Part shown: in pieces, positions 56,605 to 64,000 of the stretch | How the letters are laid out: every line of letters starts with the position of its first letter | Position numbering within the stretch: position 1 is the first letter of the stretch | DNA from: Eledone cirrhosa | Taxonomy: Eukaryota | Length of the DNA stretch: 64,000 nucleotides | Assembly (NCBI GenBank): GCA_964016885.1 | Contig: OZ024764.1 | Location: 4,464,001 to 4,528,000 of the forward strand | Reading direction: 5' to 3' | The notes under the pieces: model-generated | The model's input: only the letters and a program-made list of their open reading frames with translations | What the model was told of the DNA's origin: nothing | Databases searched by the model: none | Made by a program: the position numbers and the translations under genes

Positions 56605-58255
56605 TAGTTGTGCAACAGGCGGCCCGCGGGCCACAATCTGGCCCACCAGACCAGTCGAGAGTGGCCCGCGATGACCGTTTTTAATTTTTACCTTGGTGGC
56701 TTATTTAGAATTTTTTTCCTACCTGTAATACTTCTGTTAGTTGACCTATACTAAAGGGCTTCACTGATAGGGTTATATGTTATAATTCCCTAGTTGACCT
56801 ATACTAAAGGGCTTCACTGATAGGGTTATATGTGTTATAATTCCCCAGTTGACCTATACTAAAGGACTTCACTGATAGGGTTATATGTTATAATTCCCCA
56901 GTTGACCTATACTAAAGGGCTTCACTGATAGGGTTATATGTTATAATTTCCCAGTTGACCTATACTAAAGGACTTCACTGATAGGGTTATATGTTATAAT
57001 TCCCCAGTTGACCTATACTAAAGGACTTCACTGATAGGGTTATATGTTATAATTCCCCAGTTGACCTATACTAAAGGACTTCACTGATAGGGTTATATGT
57101 TATAATTCCCCAGTTGACCTATACTAAAGGACTTCACTGATAGGGTTATATGTTATAATTCCCCAGTTGACCTATACTAAAGGACTTCACTGATAGGGTT
57201 ATATGTTATAATTCCCCAGTTGACCTATACTAAAGGGCTTCACTGATAGGGTTATATGTTATAATTTCCCAGTTGACCTATACTAAAGGACTTCACTGAT
57301 AGGGTTATATGTTATAATTCCCCAGTTGACCTATACTAAAGGACTTCACTGATAGGGTTATATGTTATAATTTCCCAGTTGACCTATACTAAAGGACTTC
57401 ACTGATAGGCTTATATGTGTTATAATTCCCCAGTTGACCTATACTAAAGGGCTTCACTGATAGGGTTATATATGTTATAATTCCCCAGTTGACCTATACT
57501 AAAGGGCTTCACTGATAGGGTTATGTGTTATAATTTCCCAGTTGACTTATACTAAAGGACTTCACTGATAGGGTTATATGTTATAATTCCCCAGTTGACC
57601 TATACTAAAGGGCTTCACTGATAGGCTTATATGTTATAATTTCCCAGTTGACTTATACTAAAGGGCTTCACTGATAGGGTTATATGTTATAATTCCCCAG
57701 TTGACCTATACTAAAGGGCTTCACTGATAGGCTTATATGTGTTATAATTTCCCAGTTGACCTATACTAAAGGGCTTCACTGATAGGGTTATGTGTTATAA
57801 TTCCCCAGTTGACCTATACTGAAGGACTTCACTGATAGGGTTATGTGTTATAATTCCCCAGTTGACCTATACTAAATGGCTTGACTGATAGGGTTATATG
57901 TGTTATAATTCCCCAGTTGACCTATACTAAAGGACTTCACTGATAGGGTTATGTGTTATAATTTCCCAGTTGACCTATACTAAAGGGCTTTACTGATAGG
58001 GTTATGTGTTATAATTTCCCAGTTGACTTATACTAAAGGGCTTCACTGGTAGGGTTATATATGTTATAATTTCCCAGTTGACCTATACTAAAGGACTTCA
58101 CTGATAGGGTTATATATGTTATAATTTCCCAGTTCCATATTATGGAAAGAAGTTGTGGTGAATCTTTGGAATAGTGGTTAATAAATATTAATGGCCCTCA
58201 TAGTTGTTCCAATGTTCAAAAGTGGCCCCCCAATGGAAGATGTTGAACACCCTTG
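56605..58255. mobile_element. hAT/Charlie-like non-autonomous relic containing about 26 x 53-bp satellite (56740-58135)
   Basis: Subterminal ggcccgcgggccaca...ggccc and tggcccc...ttgaacacccttg ends flank the agttgacctatactaaagg... array. Confidence 0.6.
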
Positions 58256-58549
58256 GTCTGATATATAGTATAGAAGTTTGTTGTTGTTGTATGTGAAGGT
58301 ACATGGCTTAGTGGGTAGTGTCGGGCTTACAATTATGATGTGAGTTTGATTCTCAGGCCGGACTTTGTGTTGTCTTCTTGAGCAAGACGCTTTATTTCAC
58401 GTTGCTCCAGTTTACTCAGTTGTAGAAATGAGTTGCGACATCACTGGTGCCATGTTGGATAACATCTTGTATATATATATATATATATATGTTTTATCCA
58501 GCCAACATCTCAATTCCAAGAGAGAAATGTTTACATTATGTTCCCTTGT

Positions 58550-59690
58550 TTTTCTTATTCCCCCACTTGTTATTAGGAGGGTCGTGGAGGCAGTGCCCTC
58601 AAATACCTCTTTCCAGCAGGTTCTGTCAGAAGCACCCATCTCCAACTCATCTGGCTGGATGCCCAAGTGTGACCAGTTCATCTTATGGATCTTATCCAAC
58701 CATCTTGCTCAGGGTATACCCCTGGGTTTCCTGCCGATTGGTTTTGCCCGTAAAATCTTTCTGGTGATTCTTTCCTGAGACATTCTAACCACATGTCTGT
58801 AGTATCAGAGCTGTGATCTCTCAATTCAGAGATTCTTTCCTCAGACATTCTAACCCCATGTCTGTAGTATCAGAGCTGTGGTCTCTCAATTCAGAGATTC
58901 TTTCCTCAGACATTCTAACCACATGTCTGTAGTATCAGAGCTGTGATCTCTCAATTCAGAGGTTCTTTCCTGAGACATTCTAACCACATGTCTGTAGTAT
59001 CAGAGCTGTGATCTCTCAATTCAGAGATTCTTTCCTGAGACATTCTAACCACATGTCTGTAGTATCAGATCTGTGATCTCTCAATTCAGAGATTCTTTCC
59101 TGAGACATTCTAATCACATGTCTGTAGTATCAGAGCTGTGATCTCTCAATTCAGAGATTCTTTCCCCGAGACATTCTAGCAACATGTCTGTAGTATCAGA
59201 GCTGTGATCTCTCAATTCAGAGATTCTCTCCTCAGACATTCTAATCACATGTCTGTAGTATCAGAGCTGTGATCTCTCAATTCAGAGATTCTTTCCTGAG
59301 ACATTCTAACCACATGTCTGTAGTATCAGAGCTGTGATCTCTCAATTCAGAGATTCTTTCCTGAGACATTCTAACCACATGTCTGTAGTATCAGAGCTGT
59401 GATCTCTCAATTGAGAGATTCTTACCTGAGACATTCTAACCACATGTCTGTAGTATCAGAGCTGTGATCTCTCAATTCAGAGATTCTTTCCTGAGACATT
59501 CTAACCACATGTCTGTAGTATCAGAGCTGTGATCTCTCTATTCAGAGATTCTTTCCTCAGACATTCTAACCACATGTCTGTAGTATCAGAGCTGTGATCT
59601 CTCAATTCGAAGTGGTAGTTGCTCTACCTGGAGTGACTCCTGATCTCCAGGGTTTCCTGTCGGTTGGTTTGGCCTGTAAAATCTGTCCAT
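58550..59690 (-). mobile_element. RTE-like family B fragment with about 13 x 65-bp array
   Basis: Same unit and flanks as 38370-40175. Confidence 0.8.
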
Positions 59691-60509
59691 TATGTTCCAG
59701 TTTTGGAAACAGGGATTGGCAGAATCAGTAGAGTATCGAACATTCTTTGCAACATATAGTCACATAACTTTCTCATTATTCAGCTGTGTTTAGGGTGATG
59801 GATTGGAAGGATCTGTGGAGCCTCGGACATGATTTATGGCATTTTGTTAGATAACTTTCTCATTATTAAGCTGTGTTTTGCTTTGACGGGGTCAATAAAG
59901 TACCAGTAATGCACTGGAGTCAATTTAATTGAATTTCCCTGCCCCTAAAATTGTTTCTTTGTGCCTAAATCAGACACCATTGTCTCCACTTGAAAAGAAA
60001 ATTACTAGATGTTTCTTGGAAAAAATGTCCGTACTCCACAGACCACCAACCCCCATCCAGAGCTTTCTTTCAACTTCCATACATGATCTTGTTCAACTAT
60101 ATTCCTTTCGCTAGATTCATATAACATACAACTGTACTTGTGTGTTGAAAATACCAGCTTCAGGTCCACCACGGCCACCACCAAAGAAACACATCTGGGC
60201 AGATGATAGACCTATTATGACTGATGCCTCTGGTGAAACCTCTTCAAATTTAGACTATTTTCAATTATACATCAACTGTCATCATCATCATCATCATCAT
60301 TTACTGTCCATTTTCCCTGCAAGTATGGCTTGGGCATGTCCCTTCACCGGTCAGTACTCATATGACTCACTTTCTGACAGTTTTTCTAACAAGATAAACT
60401 CTTTCCATTATCATATTTCCCTGTGTCGAAGACTCTACTTTTTTTCCTGAAATAGGTCTAAAAAATCTACCATGGCCCCGGAGGTCGAAGGTTGTTTATT
60501 ATTTATTTC

Positions 60510-60905
60510 CTTGGCAGTATCAGTAGGGGGTCGGACGCCATGCTTTCCAGCATAGTTACGTCCCTTTACGATCTGAGTTCGAATCCCTGTCGAGGTTGAC
60601 TTTGCCTTTCATCCTTACGGGGTCGATAAAATAAAGTACCAGTAATGCACTGGGTAATTGCTGGCCTTGTGCCTAAAGTAGAAACAATTATTTATTTCCA
60701 AATAAGGGCGGCGGATTGGCAGTATCAGTAGAGGGTCGGACACCATGCTTTCCAGCATAGTTACGTCCCTTACGATCTGAGTTCAAATCCCGCCGAGGTT
60801 GACTTTGCCTTTCATCCTTACGGGGTCGATAAAATAAAGTACCAGTAATGTACTGGATAATTGCTGGCCTTGTGCCAAAAATAGAAACAATTATTTATTT
60901 CCAAA
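60510..60905 (+). mobile_element. SINE S1 dimer
   Basis: Two near-full copies separated and flanked by attatttatttcc. Confidence 0.85.
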
Positions 60906-61126
60906 TATTTGGTTGTCAAAATTAGGGTGGGTCCTCGAGGACGAAGGGTCTTCGGCACCAGGAAATATGGTAGCTATTAACAAATCATTTTTAAGGATTT
61001 ACTAAAATTGTTTCAATACTAAACATGTGGTTCTGATGTGAAATTATTTTTGGAGATTTTAATCTAAATAAAAATACTTTCCATTAATGAAAAATTTAGG
61101 TGGATTTTACTTAGATAGTAACTTAA

Positions 61127-64000
61127 CCCTTTAGCATTTACATTACTCTATATATACTATTGTATTTTCACAGTAAAGGCTTTACCTCACATAATATCTC
61201 ACATAACATTTACATTACTCTATATATACTATTGTATTTTCACAGTAAAGGCTTTACCTCACATATCTCACATAACATTTACATTACTCTATATATACTA
61301 TTGTATTTTCACAGTAAAGGCTTTACCTCACATATCTCACATAACATTTACATTACTCTATATATACTATTGTATTGTCACAGTAAAGGCTTTACCTCAC
61401 ATAATATCTCGCATAACATTTACATTACTCTATATATACTATCGTATTTTCACAGTAAAGGCTTTACCTCACATAATATCTCGCATAACATTTACATTGC
61501 TCTATATATACTATTGTATTGTCACAGTAAAGGCTTTACCTCACATAATATCTCACATAAGATTTACATTACTCTATATATACTATTGTATTTTCACAGT
61601 AAAGGTTTTACTTCACATAATATCTCACATAACATTTACATTACTCTATATATACTATTGTATTTTCACAGTAAAGACTTTACCTCACATAATATCTCAC
61701 ATAACATTTACATTACTCTATATATACTATTGTATTTTCACAGTAAAGTCTTTACCTCACATAACATTTACATTACTCTATATATACTATTGTATTTTCA
61801 CATTAAAGGCTTTACCTCACATAACATTTACATTATTCTATATATACTATTGTATTTTCACAGTAAAGGCTTTACCTCACATATCTCACATTACTCTATA
61901 TATACTATTGTATTTTCACAGTAAAGGCTTTACCTCACATAATATCTCACATAACATTTACATTACTCTATATATACTATTGTATTGTCACAGTAAAGGC
62001 TTTACCTCACATAACATTTACATTACTCTATATATACTATTGTATTTTCAGAGTAAAGGCTTTACCTCACATAACATTTACATTACTCTATATATACTAT
62101 AGTATTTTCACAGTAAAGTCTTTACCTCACATAACATTTACATTACTCTATATATACTATTGTATTTTCACAGTAAAGGCTTTACCTCACATAATATCTC
62201 GCATAACATTTACATTACTCTATATATACTATTGTATTTTCACAGTAAAGGCTTTACCTCACATAACATTTACATTATTCTATATATACTATTGTATTTT
62301 CACAGTAAAGGCTTTACCTCACATATCTCACATTACTCTATATATACTATTGTATTTTCACAGTAAAGGCTTTACCTCACATAATATCTCACATAACATT
62401 TACATTACTCTATATATACTATTGTATTTTCACAGTAAAGGCTTTACTTCACATAATATCTCGCATAACATTTACATTACTCTATATATACTATTGTATT
62501 TTCACAGTAAAGGCTTTACCTCACATAACATTTACATTACTCTATATATACTATTGTATTTTCACAGTAAAGGCTTTACCTCACATAATATCTCACATAA
62601 CATTTACATTACTCTATATATACTACTAGCAGTAAAGCCCGGCGTTGCTCGGGGTCGCTCAGTAGCTGTGTTAAAGTTACAATGTTAAGTTTCTTTTTTG
62701 GCTTAAAAACTGTAGTGTCTACTGTGCAGACTTGCATGTGGTGTTTTTGATTAATATTCCCTCAACCAACAATATGCCTTATGAAGTTAAGAAAACATAA
62801 CGATAACCCGAATGTTATAACAAAAGAGGATGCTGGGGATAGAAACTGCACTGGTTATTTATTAACAAAGATCGAAAATGTAAACACTGCAACGCAGAGA
62901 AAAACATTAGCGTAACCAAATTATCAGTTATGTCTGTCTGCACGCCTATATCACCTCTCTGCACGACTGTCTGTCTGCACGCGTATATCACCTCTCTGCA
63001 CGACTGTCTGTCTGCACGCCTAACGACGAAATATTTGCTTGTTTTACGTAGTCTTTAAATGGACTTGTTTTCAAGTAAAAATATTGTTTTAAAATGCTTT
63101 TAAATGGAAATGAAGCAAAACGGAAGCTTAGTGTTCGAACTGATGAATTTTGCAGGTCAATATTTTGCTGGCTCGACAACTGTTCGTGTCATTTTAAACG
63201 CTGTGAAAGCCAGCGTAATTTTTTACGTAAGACGCTCAATGTAAACAGAACAAAGGGAAATAACTGATCACTTACGCTCAAAAATCGATACATTATATTC
63301 GATTTCGTCACATAAAGTGGGTCAATTTGAAATTTTTTTTTTCCGATGTCTTCGCTAGGGCTCAATGTACAAGTATAGCAATTTCGGTGCAATTCCGTGA
63401 GAGATTCTAAGAGGAGATGTGTGCCAAAAATCGATAGACAGACAGACAACCACAGTTTTATATATATAGATTGTATTTTCACAGTAAAGGCTTTACTTCA
63501 CATAATATCTCGCATAACATTTACATTACTCTCATTTCATTTTACGCCCGCCTTTTCCCTGCTTGCAAGGGTGGGACGGGAACTGATTTTGGCTTGATTT
63601 CTCCAGCTGGAAGCCCTTCTTAACACCAACCTCATTTACAGTGAGTGCTGGGTGCTTTTTTGCCGTGGCACCTCCACGACCACTTTGCAGTGGAATATGG
63701 ACCCCAGTCCCTATCATCTCATTTCTACAGCTGAGTAAACTGGAGCAATGTGAAATAAAGTGTCTTGCTCAAGGAAACAACACATCACCCGATCTGAGAA
63801 TTTAACTCACAACCTTTCGATTGCAAGGCCAATGCTCTAACTACTAAGCCATGTGCCTCCGTACTCTATATATACTATTGTATTTTCACAGTAAAGTCTT
63901 TACCTCACATAACATTTACATTACTCTATATATACTATTGTATTTTCACAGTAAAGTCTTTACCTCACATAACATTTACATTACTCTATATATACTATTG
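61127..64000. mobile_element. MITE M1 with a long 60/69/72-bp satellite array, nested Helitron B and SINE; runs off the window (same satellite at 1-195)
   Basis: ttaa|ccctttagcattta followed by more than 20 units of ttttcacagtaaaggctttacctcacataa...ctctatatatactattgta. Confidence 0.8.
62626..63470 (-). mobile_element. Non-autonomous Helitron B (845 bp)
   Basis: Same 5' TCTATATATATAAAACTG and 3' cccgagcaacgccggg...CTAG termini, A|T target, different internal sequence. Confidence 0.85.

Noticed and set aside
59960-60280. Unique-looking stretch with short open frames
   Set aside because: No recognisable motif or splice structure; probably an old element fragment.

Overview
Repeat-rich eukaryotic DNA, most likely from an octopod cephalopod (inferred from the SINE and RTE families and the (TA)n load). 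The only supportable protein-coding gene is a complete class I fructose-bisphosphate aldolase on the + strand: 7 coding exons (38191-55094), 363 aa, all catalytic residues present, polyA signal at 56501, and a non-coding first exon upstream (candidates near 6.8 kb and 28.5 kb). Nearly all other ORFs in the track are microsatellite, minisatellite or LINE-remnant artefacts. The rest is RTE-type LINE remnants, tRNA-derived SINEs, a 5S-derived element, TTAA-flanked MITEs, hAT/Tigger-like relics, Helitrons and Penelope-like terminal fragments. Main observations: (1) minimal type I hammerhead ribozyme folds from 3-4 unrelated repeat families; (2) two different Helitrons inserted at the same base and orientation of a 72-bp MITE-internal satellite unit; (3) a minisatellite resembling the aldolase intron 5/exon 6 junction; (4) pervasive tandem amplification inside nearly every mobile-element class. 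All alignments and folds were done by eye, so repeat boundaries and copy numbers are approximate.
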